A stretch of 64,000 nucleotides of DNA from Anaerolineaceae bacterium (GTDB lineage: Bacteria > Chloroflexota > Anaerolineae > Anaerolineales > Anaerolineaceae), in assembly GCA_029265815.1 (NCBI GenBank), contig JAJUGU010000002.1:210061-274060 (forward strand). Direction: 5' to 3'. The notes under the pieces were generated by a model that was not told the DNA's origin, searched no databases, and worked only from the letters and a program-made list of their open reading frames with translations. Below, piece by piece: positions 10,302 to 18,531 of the stretch (position 1 is its first letter; the number at the start of each line of letters is the position of its first letter). The position numbers and the translations under genes were made by a program.

Positions 10302-11234
10302 ATGAATCCTGAGACTTTTGCTGAATGGATAAGGCGGCAGGGTTACAAGGTTTATCACACAAAATCCAGCTACTGGTATAACGCAGGTCCGGGGGTGTAT
10401 CAAGCCTTTCCTTATCACTGGCAGATTGATCCTGACGACGATGAGTTACGGGAACTGATGCACCAGAGTGGAGCAATTGCAGTTCGCTATTCCAAACCAT
10501 ATTCGTGCAAGACAGGAAAGATCAGTTATCATGTCATCGCAAAACCACCTTATGAATTTGAATCTTTTAGATCTCAAGGGAAAAATGGCATCCGCAAGGG
10601 TTTATCTCAATGTAGAATTGAGCAGGTTTCATTTTCAAGGTTAGCAGAGGAAGGTTGGAAATTACAGCAAGACACCCTGACCCGCCAGCAACGATCGAAG
10701 TGCATGACGCGCGAGCAATGGGAGAGAATCTGCCTTTCTGCTGAAGGATTACCAGGGTTTGAGGTTTGGGCCGCAATTGTTGGCGAATCGCTGGCAGCAA
10801 CGGTCATCACAGCCAGGATTGATGATACCTGGACAATCCCATACGCACAAAGCCTGCGAGAATATCTGTGTTTACACGTCAATAACGCACTTTTTTACAC
10901 CGTTTGTTCCGACTTTCTCAACCGTCCAGGGATCAATCAAGTTTTTACGAATCTTCATTCGCTAGATGCACCTGAAAGTGTAGATGAGTTTAAATTCCGT
11001 ATGGGATTGATTCCCAAACCAGTAAGGCAGCAAATTTATTTCAATTCATGGTTTCGGCCATTTATCGGAAAGTTCACATACAGGTTGGTAAAACTGATCC
11101 AAAATTCAAATCCCTTCAATCCATTCTGGACAAAAACGGAAGGAATTTTTCGATTCTATATTGAAGGAAAACTACCACCTGAGAAGCAATGTTTACCTGA
11201 AAGTCTGATCAATGATCTTCTTCTTGAATCCTAG
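10302..11234 (+). CDS. Hypothetical soluble protein, possibly a FemAB/CelD-like GNAT-fold acyl/aminoacyl transferase
   Basis: 310 aa with no signal peptide, starting 10 nt after the upstream stop. The general resemblance to CelD/FemAB-like proteins of EPS loci is a weak by-eye call. Confidence 0.35.
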   Translation: MNPETFAEWIRRQGYKVYHTKSSYWYNAGPGVYQAFPYHWQIDPDDDELRELMHQSGAIAVRYSKPYSCKTGKISYHVIAKPPYEFESFRSQGKNGIRKGLSQCRIEQVSFSRLAEEGWKLQQDTLTRQQRSKCMTREQWERICLSAEGLPGFEVWAAIVGESLAATVITARIDDTWTIPYAQSLREYLCLHVNNALFYTVCSDFLNRPGINQVFTNLHSLDAPESVDEFKFRMGLIPKPVRQQIYFNSWFRPFIGKFTYRLVKLIQNSNPFNPFWTKTEGIFRFYIEGKLPPEKQCLPESLINDLLLES

Positions 11235-11239
11235 AATTT

Positions 11240-11788
11240 GTGAATTCAAAGGATTTGAACATGGTAACCAACAGAGATTGTCAACTGGGGCAATTGAATC
11301 AAAACAGCAGGCGGATATGGTTTGAGACTAATCACCCGCAAGGTTTTATTCTATTCATCCTATCAAAGGTATGGAATCGAGGAGTAAAACCATTTCGAGC
11401 GTGGTTGTTCCGTCTTTTTCAACCAAAAAAGGTCAACCGCAAACAGCCATCTACTTCTCAATGGGTTGACTCCAATCCAGTCGAATTTCATCCTGGTGAT
11501 ATCGTTCGAGTCAGAACAAGGGAAGAGATCGAACCCATGCTGGATGCAGACAGGAAGTTCCGCGGTTGTACTTTCCTGGATTGTATGTGGGCATATTGTG
11601 GGACGACACAAAAGGTGTTTAAGCCCTTGCATCGCTTTCTTGATGAACGCGATTTTAAGTATAAAAGAGTTAATGGTGTCGTCATCCTCGAAGGAGTCTT
11701 CTGTGACGGCGTTTTAGTTTTTGGGCAATGTGACCGCAGTTGTTTTTTGTTCTGGCGCGAAGAATGGCTGGAAAAGCTTTCGTCGTAG
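11240..11788 (+). CDS. Hypothetical Cys-rich protein
   Basis: 182 aa with a GTG start (alternative ATG at 11270). The C-terminal half is Cys-rich (GCTFLDCMWAYCG ... FCDG ... GQCDRSC). It is tightly packed between its neighbours. I recognised no family. Confidence 0.5.
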   Translation: MNSKDLNMVTNRDCQLGQLNQNSRRIWFETNHPQGFILFILSKVWNRGVKPFRAWLFRLFQPKKVNRKQPSTSQWVDSNPVEFHPGDIVRVRTREEIEPMLDADRKFRGCTFLDCMWAYCGTTQKVFKPLHRFLDERDFKYKRVNGVVILEGVFCDGVLVFGQCDRSCFLFWREEWLEKLSS

Positions 11789-11800
11789 GAGCGTAAAAAT

Positions 11801-12697
11801 ATGCCACAGGATTCAATCCTTCAACTGATTGGCAATATCCCGATGCTTCAACTCTCAAAGATGTCATCGGGCAATGTATTTGCCAAAGCAGAATTTCTCA
11901 ACCCGGGTGGAAGTATTAAGGATAGGGTCGCCCTGTACATCATTGAAAAAAATATACAGAACGGAATCCTAAAGAAGGGTATGACGATAATCGAGGCTAC
12001 TTCAGGGAATACAGGGATTGGCCTAAGTCTGGTGGGTGTTCAAAAAGGTTTCAAAGTGGTGTGTATCATGCCTGAAAATGTATCTGAAGAACGCAAACGT
12101 ATTATTCAGGCTTTTGGCGGTCGATGCCTTTTTTCGCCGGCGGAAGAAAACCTCACCGGATGTTTAAACATGTTACATGATATTGTTAGCCAAGATCCAG
12201 AAGCATACTTCGTGGTCAACCAGTTTGAAAATCCAGACAATCCAGAAACTCATTACCTGCAGACCGCACCTGAAATCTGGAAAGACATGCGGGGAGAAGT
12301 AGATTTTTTTGTGGCTGGAATTGGAAGTGGCGGGACGCTGCAGGGAATTGGTAAGTTTCTCAAGGAAAAGAATAAGAATATTAAGATCGTCGCTGTTGAA
12401 CCGCGCAACAGTGCTTCTCTGCTGGGGCGTGAACCCGGGCTTCATATGATTCAGGGGATTGGTGATGGATTCACCCCAAAGGTCGTCGACAAAAATCTGA
12501 TCGACATGGTTGTCACAGTCTCTGACGACGAAGCAATTGAGACAACCCGCAGATTGGCTCGAGAAGAAGGTTTGTTGGTGGGAACTTCTTCAGGTGCGAA
12601 TACCCACGCTGCATTGCACCTGGATAATCATAGAAACAAAGTGGTAACCGTACTGCCGGATCGTGCGGAAAGATATTTCAGCACATCGTTACTATAA
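11801..12697 (+). CDS. cysK: Cysteine synthase / O-acetylserine sulfhydrylase family PLP enzyme
   Basis: 298 aa with the PLP-lysine motif NPGGSIKDR, TSGNTGIGL and the GIGSGGTLQG loop. Confidence 0.85.
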   Translation: MPQDSILQLIGNIPMLQLSKMSSGNVFAKAEFLNPGGSIKDRVALYIIEKNIQNGILKKGMTIIEATSGNTGIGLSLVGVQKGFKVVCIMPENVSEERKRIIQAFGGRCLFSPAEENLTGCLNMLHDIVSQDPEAYFVVNQFENPDNPETHYLQTAPEIWKDMRGEVDFFVAGIGSGGTLQGIGKFLKEKNKNIKIVAVEPRNSASLLGREPGLHMIQGIGDGFTPKVVDKNLIDMVVTVSDDEAIETTRRLAREEGLLVGTSSGANTHAALHLDNHRNKVVTVLPDRAERYFSTSLL

Positions 12698-12748
12698 AAA
12701 TGAATTCGTTTTCCTGAACAAATCCTGTTTGAGAATGGCCAGGAAAAT

Positions 12749-15700
12749 ATGAAAAAGCGATTGATCGGCTTTTGCTTGATCATCATGGCCGGAATTAACA
12801 TTTTCGTTGCTGTATACCCGGTTAAAGCACAATTGTCAGAATTGCCTGTGGAACTGTCACGTACAGTTGATCTAGGCCGTCTCGGCATTGTTTCACCAAT
12901 CGGCTTGACTTTTGACGAAATCTCAAATTCATTTATCGTTTTTGAAGGTACGGATCCTGCGGAAGAAAAAGTTGTCCTTTCCAAAGTGAAGCTTTTTGAA
13001 AAAGAGAGAGCTTTCACCCAAATTATTAATGTTGATTGCGAATCATTTTCACACTTTACATTAGATCCATTGACACAGACAGCATATTTTTACGATAAAT
13101 CCAATAAAAAAATTGTCAGGATGGAATCCATCGGGAATGATTGGCTGGTTGTGGACTCGATAAATACAGAAAAGGTAGGCGTTTTTTCAATACTTGGAAT
13201 GACCATCGATCCATTAAATCATGGTCTAAGAATCCTGGATGCGTCAGCTTCCAGAGCAATCACACTGGATAGAGAACGATGGACTGATTTTTCTCAGGAG
13301 GTGATCTCTTCTGAAAACTTGATCACCGGGATAAATTTGCAAAAGATAATAGCATTCACTGTTCATCCGGTAACTGGTATTACTTACCTCTTACTCTCTA
13401 AACCAGAGCAGGTCATTGAATTATCACCTTCTGGTGAGATTGGGAAGGTTTGGGATGTGAGTTCATTAGGGTTCATTAATCCAATTGGTATTGTTTTTGC
13501 TCCCACTGGAGACCCGACTGACAATAAAAACAACCTTGCTCTCAATATTTTGGATTCAGGTGTGAGAGGAGCATCAGATAAATCCTCAAACGCGAAGATT
13601 CTTGAAATCTCTTTTAATCTGACATCTGTGGAACCAATGGCTGAGGTGTTCCCGATCGGGATTACCAATAGTGTTCAGCTTTCTCTATGGAATCCTCCAA
13701 GCCCTGATACAGCAGGGATTGCTTATTGGCCCGCATCGGATGGTTTGTTGATCAGTGATTCAGAGGTGGACGAGATTCCAGCGCTGTTCACCGGGAAGAA
13801 TGTATTTACGTCCACGCTGGGTGGAGTGTTGACTGGAACCTGCACGACAACTGTGTTCACCAATGAACCCACAGGTGTCGCAGTTAATGATCAAAATGGC
13901 CACATTTTCTTTTCAAGCGATGATGCCGGGAAAGTATTCGAATTAAATATGGGTGAAGACGATCAGTATTGTACGGCAGATGACACCTTAACCAGTTTTA
14001 GTACCCGATCATTCAGTAGTTATGACCCGGAGGGGGTTGCATATGGTGCAGGTAATCTTTATATTGCGGATGGTGAGGGAAGTGAAATTTATATCGTCTC
14101 AGCCGGTGAAAACGGCGTGTTCGATGGTATTTCACCAACCGGAGATGATCTCGTTACCCATTTTGATACTTATATTTTTAATTTGAAAGATCCAGAGGGC
14201 ATTGAGTATAACGCTGACCGCAACACAATCAATGTTGTTGGGAATTATGGCGTAAAAGCAATTATCGAAACAGATCAAACTGGTAATTTGATCGCCAGTT
14301 ATGATCTAACCTCATTACCCACGACCGTGCGGTCAGGGTTGGCTTATGGCCCTGCCAGTGACAATTCTGGTGAAAGACATTTTTATCTCGTTTCACGTGG
14401 AGTTGACAATAGCACTGACCCTGATGAAAACGATGGGATGTTGTTCGAGATCAATACGTTTCAGATGATCGCCACCTCCACACCGCAGATGACAGCTACA
14501 GCAACCAATACCCTTACCCCATCACTGTCACCTACTATAACAGCCACACAAACCGCGACATCTACTCTTATTCCTACAATGACTTTCACAGAAACGGCTA
14601 CGATTACTCCAAATATGGCACCTTTTGTTGATGCGGGACCAAATCAGGCAGTAATTTTGCCGGAGGTGGCCATCCTGGATGGGACAGCCAGTGATGACGG
14701 AAATCCTAACCCACCTAACACTCTTTCGGCGATATGGTCATTCGTGAGTGGCCCTGGTCTGGTAAATTTTGATAACTCGAATGCGATCGATACCACAGCC
14801 AGTTTCAGTCAGCTTGGCACTTACGTACTGCAATTGAGCGTGAATGATGGAGTATTGACTTCGACAGACACTGTTACTGTGGTGGTCATGTCTTTTGGAG
14901 AGTCAAACGTTTTCGAAAAGCGTATTGCTGCTGGTAACGACGATGCTGAAGAATCAGCTACAGGAATGATGTATCGGACCAGTTCTGATTTAGAGTTGGT
15001 ATACGACACCAGTCTACAGACTGTCGGGCTGTATTTTTCAAGTTTGAATATTCCCCAAGGTGTGAGAATTACCAACGCATATATCCAGTTTAAAGCATAT
15101 AAAAAAACTTCTGAAACGACATCCCTGTTCATCAATGCCCAGGCTGCAACTAACCCCAGTACTTTCTCGGCAGCCAATTATGACATATCCTCCCGACCTC
15201 GAACGACCGCGTGTGCAACATGGAATCCACCACCGTGGACGGTGATTGGTGAAACAGGTATCAACCAACGCACCAGTGATTTGAGCAGCGTGGTTCAGGA
15301 AATCGTAAACCGATCAGATTGGGTGATTGGTAATTCTGGGGTGTTTATTATCACTGGAAGTGGTAAGCGAGTAGCACGAGCGTACAACAGCGATCCAGCA
15401 GGCGCACCTCTATTGCATATCGAGTTTCAACCCTCAGGGGTTTCTCCCACTCCTTCAACGACGAATACTTTTACCCCCACCTCCACATATCCTGCTACTG
15501 CCACTCCAACAGCTACCAGTACCTTTACGCTGACTCCAACGCTGACATTTACCTTTACTCCATCATTTACGATTCCATCAACATATACACCGACCCAAAC
15601 CCCAACTATTATAGAAACCCTTACACCAACAGTTACCAGCACTATTACAGACACACCAATTGTTACCTTGACTGATACTCCAACTCTGATGGTAACTGAT

Positions 15701-16936
15701 ACACCCACAATGGCAGCAACAGATACTCTCACACCTTTGGTGACTGATACTCCAACATTAACTGCCACAGAAGCATACACACCAACCGCAACAGATACTC
15801 TAGAACCGACAGCAACAGAAACACCGACAGCAACAGTCACTCTCACGCCCACAGTGACGGATGATCCAACACCGACAGCAACAGTCACTCTCACGCCCAC
15901 AGTGACGGATGATCCAACACCAACAGCAACAGTCACTCTCACGCCCACAGTGACGGATGATCCAACACCAACAGCAACAGTCACTCTCACGCCCACAGTG
16001 ACGGATGATCCAACACCAACAGCAACATATACGCATACCCCATCTCTTACCAGCACTCCATCACTTACACCAACATTGACACCAACACCTTCCTTGACAG
16101 CCACTACTCAGTTGAACGAATCACCATTTGTGTATGCTGGGGTTGACCAGATGGTCATTCTTCCGGCAATGGCAGAGTTAGATGGGTTTGCCAGTGATGA
16201 TGGATTGCCGGTTCCACCAGGAGCATTAACATGCCTCTGGAGTGTGGTCAGCGGGCCGGGAAGTGTTATTTTTGACAACGCTGATCAGGTTGACACAACG
16301 GCACAGTTCTCAACACCGGGCAGTTATGTACTGCAACTCAGTGTTTCTGATGGTCAATATCATTCATCAGATGAAATTTCGATCCTGGTCGGGCAATCCC
16401 ATTCGTTTGTCAGGAAGATTATTGATAAATACGATGAAGCGGAAGAAAACGCATCTGGGTACGTATATCGAACCAGCACTGATCTAGAACTGGTTTACGA
16501 TAAGACCCTGCAAACAGTTGGAATGCGCTTCACCGGAATAACGATTCCGAAGGGCTCGATCATAACAGTTGCGTATATCCAGTTTACAGTGGATTCGGCC
16601 TCTTCAGAAACGACATCACTGATCATTAAAGCCCAGGCAGCTGACAATCCGGGGGCGTTTACTTCGATTGCGTATGATGTTTCGACAAGGCCTGTGGGAG
16701 TTGCATTTGTGGCCTGGGACCCCGTTCCCTGGCTGACCTCCGGTGCAGCGGGGGTCGATCAAAGGACAACAGATCTAAGCGGTTTGATCACAGAAGTGAT
16801 CAATCGTTCTGGATGGGCATCTGGTAATTCTATTGTGTTCATCGTCACGGGTACCGGACGCAGAGTTGCGGTCTCGTATTATGGTATTCCAACTGCTGCT
16901 CCTGAATTGTATATCGAATATATCAGCTTCCAATAA
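12749..16936 (+). CDS. Large secreted multi-domain protein: N-terminal beta-propeller-like region, Thr/Pro-rich linkers, and two copies of a PKD/Ig-like plus ~190-aa module
   Basis: 1395 aa with the signal peptide MKKRLIGFCLIIMAGINIFVAVYPVKA. DPEG(V/I)(A/E)Y motifs recur in the first ~570 aa. TP-rich linkers lie at about nt 14461-14620 and 15430-16120. The module starting APFVDAGPNQAVILP...DGTASDDG (nt ~14620-15430) recurs as SPFVYAGVDQMVILP...DGFASDDG (nt ~16120-16936). Confidence 0.9.
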   Translation: MKKRLIGFCLIIMAGINIFVAVYPVKAQLSELPVELSRTVDLGRLGIVSPIGLTFDEISNSFIVFEGTDPAEEKVVLSKVKLFEKERAFTQIINVDCESFSHFTLDPLTQTAYFYDKSNKKIVRMESIGNDWLVVDSINTEKVGVFSILGMTIDPLNHGLRILDASASRAITLDRERWTDFSQEVISSENLITGINLQKIIAFTVHPVTGITYLLLSKPEQVIELSPSGEIGKVWDVSSLGFINPIGIVFAPTGDPTDNKNNLALNILDSGVRGASDKSSNAKILEISFNLTSVEPMAEVFPIGITNSVQLSLWNPPSPDTAGIAYWPASDGLLISDSEVDEIPALFTGKNVFTSTLGGVLTGTCTTTVFTNEPTGVAVNDQNGHIFFSSDDAGKVFELNMGEDDQYCTADDTLTSFSTRSFSSYDPEGVAYGAGNLYIADGEGSEIYIVSAGENGVFDGISPTGDDLVTHFDTYIFNLKDPEGIEYNADRNTINVVGNYGVKAIIETDQTGNLIASYDLTSLPTTVRSGLAYGPASDNSGERHFYLVSRGVDNSTDPDENDGMLFEINTFQMIATSTPQMTATATNTLTPSLSPTITATQTATSTLIPTMTFTETATITPNMAPFVDAGPNQAVILPEVAILDGTASDDGNPNPPNTLSAIWSFVSGPGLVNFDNSNAIDTTASFSQLGTYVLQLSVNDGVLTSTDTVTVVVMSFGESNVFEKRIAAGNDDAEESATGMMYRTSSDLELVYDTSLQTVGLYFSSLNIPQGVRITNAYIQFKAYKKTSETTSLFINAQAATNPSTFSAANYDISSRPRTTACATWNPPPWTVIGETGINQRTSDLSSVVQEIVNRSDWVIGNSGVFIITGSGKRVARAYNSDPAGAPLLHIEFQPSGVSPTPSTTNTFTPTSTYPATATPTATSTFTLTPTLTFTFTPSFTIPSTYTPTQTPTIIETLTPTVTSTITDTPIVTLTDTPTLMVTDTPTMAATDTLTPLVTDTPTLTATEAYTPTATDTLEPTATETPTATVTLTPTVTDDPTPTATVTLTPTVTDDPTPTATVTLTPTVTDDPTPTATVTLTPTVTDDPTPTATYTHTPSLTSTPSLTPTLTPTPSLTATTQLNESPFVYAGVDQMVILPAMAELDGFASDDGLPVPPGALTCLWSVVSGPGSVIFDNADQVDTTAQFSTPGSYVLQLSVSDGQYHSSDEISILVGQSHSFVRKIIDKYDEAEENASGYVYRTSTDLELVYDKTLQTVGMRFTGITIPKGSIITVAYIQFTVDSASSETTSLIIKAQAADNPGAFTSIAYDVSTRPVGVAFVAWDPVPWLTSGAAGVDQRTTDLSGLITEVINRSGWASGNSIVFIVTGTGRRVAVSYYGIPTAAPELYIEYISFQ
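15824..16015 (+). repeat. Four head-to-tail copies of a 48-bp in-frame repeat, encoding PTATVTLTPTVTDDPT x4
   Basis: The unit is ccgacagcaacagtcactctcacgcccacagtgacggatgatccaaca. Copies lie at 15824, 15872, 15920 and 15968. Copies 1-2 differ from copies 3-4 only by ccg vs cca in the first codon. A fifth, partial copy starts at 16016. Confidence 0.95.
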
Positions 16937-16971
16937 ACAACTAAAAATCGAATTTATAGAATTGAGGTTGA

Positions 16972-18531
16972 ATGATACGGACTCCAGCTTACTGGTTTGC
17001 TCGTTTTAACCTTAATCGTGATCGAATATCACAGAAGATCGGTCTCATGTTCAAGCGTGTCTTTGATGTGGTATTCTGCACGCTTGGATTGATCGTGCTA
17101 TCTCCGTTCTTCCTGTTCATCGCTGTGTTGATCAAAATTGGATCTCCTGGGCCCATTTTTTATCGTGGAAAACGAATGGGTAAAGACAACGTTCCCTTTA
17201 ACATTATTAAATTTCGAACAATGTATGAAACACCTGCCAGTTACATGGGTCCTAAAGTAACCTGCAGTGATGATCCGCGGGTTACCCGTGTGGGAAGATG
17301 GTTGAGAGATACCAAGATCAATGAATTTCCTCAATTGTGGAATGTGATCCGCGGTGACATGAGTCTTGTGGGACCCCGGCCGGAAGATCCAGAGATTGTG
17401 GCTGGCTGGAGTGAAGAGGAGCGCAGAGAGATTCTTTCCGTTCGCCCCGGAATTACCAGTCCGGCGAGTGTGATCTACCATGATGAAGAAAAGCTGATGG
17501 ATCTCAGAAATGTAATGGGTATCTACCTGGATGAGATCTTACCCAAGAAGCTTCGTCTGGATATGCTATATACACGGCATCGCTCATTTTTCGCAGATCT
17601 GGATATTCTCTTCCTGACTGCCCTGATCGTTTTTCCACGGTTGTTGAAGCGTTCTATACCAGATACTGCATTTTTCTCCGGGTGGATTCAACGCCTGGCG
17701 AACCGTTTTATTTCATGGCTGGTAGTGGATACATTGACAGCATTTGTGGCGATTTCCGTCATTGGCGTTTTCTACAGGAATCAGGCTCCGCTGAACTGGG
17801 GGTTCACTCCCTTATTGATATTCACGATCCTCTTTTCTTTTCTCTTTGGTATCGCGAACGCTTCCTGGAGGTTAGACCGGGTAATGTGGTCGCGCGCGAC
17901 CCTGCCTGATGCAATGAAACTGGTGATTACCGGTGGAGTGATGACAATTGCGATGATGGTTTTGAATCATAGTCAAGGAATTTATTACTGGCTTCCTTAC
18001 CCTGCGCTGCCACAATCCATGCTCTTCACGATTGGACTGTTAACGACGATTGGCTTTCTCTTCACACGGTTTCGAGTTCGGTTTTTTGATGCCCTTACTG
18101 GCGGCTGGGCTATTCTGAACAATCCTTCAGCGGCGTTTGGTGAAAGGGTGCTTATTGTTGGCTGTGGAGAAGAATCTAAGCTGGCGCTGTGGCTCTTGCA
18201 CCGCAGTTATTTTAGATATGCGTTCAAGATCGTTGGCATGGTAGATGAAAATCCGTGTTTGAAAGGGATGAAGATAGAGGGTTGCACGGTTTTAGGAAAC
18301 CTCAAGGATTTGCCAGAATTGATCAAGAAACATCATGTAGGGCTGCTCATCAGTACAGTTCAAGTGAGCAAGCTCGAACAGGTTAAGAAGATGAATCATT
18401 CATTTCTTCGCGTTGTCGCTTTAGATGAAATCTTGGGCGCTTTGTATCATGTGTTGCTTCAACCAGTCACCACGCTGGAATACTCGCAATGGACAAGTTC
18501 TTTAATCGGGAGAAGGATACGCAATGGATGA
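16972..18531 (+). CDS. Priming phosphoglycosyl transferase (bacterial sugar transferase family) with unusual domain order
   Basis: 519 aa. The N-terminal ~200 aa form a PglC/WbaP-type catalytic core (KRVFDVVFCTLGLIVLSPFFLFIAVLIKIGSPGPIFY, FNIIKFRTM, DDPRVTRVGRWLRDTKINEFPQLWNVIRGDMSLVGPRPE). About four TM helices follow. A C-terminal Rossmann-like segment then reads ERVLIVGCGEESKLALWLL...KIVGMVDENP. Confidence 0.85.
   Translation: MIRTPAYWFARFNLNRDRISQKIGLMFKRVFDVVFCTLGLIVLSPFFLFIAVLIKIGSPGPIFYRGKRMGKDNVPFNIIKFRTMYETPASYMGPKVTCSDDPRVTRVGRWLRDTKINEFPQLWNVIRGDMSLVGPRPEDPEIVAGWSEEERREILSVRPGITSPASVIYHDEEKLMDLRNVMGIYLDEILPKKLRLDMLYTRHRSFFADLDILFLTALIVFPRLLKRSIPDTAFFSGWIQRLANRFISWLVVDTLTAFVAISVIGVFYRNQAPLNWGFTPLLIFTILFSFLFGIANASWRLDRVMWSRATLPDAMKLVITGGVMTIAMMVLNHSQGIYYWLPYPALPQSMLFTIGLLTTIGFLFTRFRVRFFDALTGGWAILNNPSAAFGERVLIVGCGEESKLALWLLHRSYFRYAFKIVGMVDENPCLKGMKIEGCTVLGNLKDLPELIKKHHVGLLISTVQVSKLEQVKKMNHSFLRVVALDEILGALYHVLLQPVTTLEYSQWTSSLIGRRIRNG

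Noticed and set aside
12709-12747. An 8-bp hairpin (ttttcctg ... caggaaaa) that would sequester the SD of the 1395-aa gene.
   Set aside because: The stem is short and AT-rich and the loop is 23 nt. It is too weak to claim as a regulatory element without conservation or probing data.
15824-16015. Regularly spaced identical 48-bp units, considered as a possible CRISPR array.
   Set aside because: The units are directly adjacent with no spacers. They are in frame inside a long CDS and encode a TP-rich peptide repeat. No cas genes or leader are present.
15427-16104. A 225-aa Gly/Val-rich ORF on the minus strand (MAVKEGVGVNVGV...), plus the Cys/Trp-rich 78-aa ORF at 15800-16036 (-).
   Set aside because: Both are antisense or alternate-frame shadows of the Thr/Pro-rich repeat region of the 1395-aa gene. 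ACN/CCN codons read backwards give GV-rich frames without stops. The periodicity is inherited from the sense-strand repeat. Neither has an SD or independent support.
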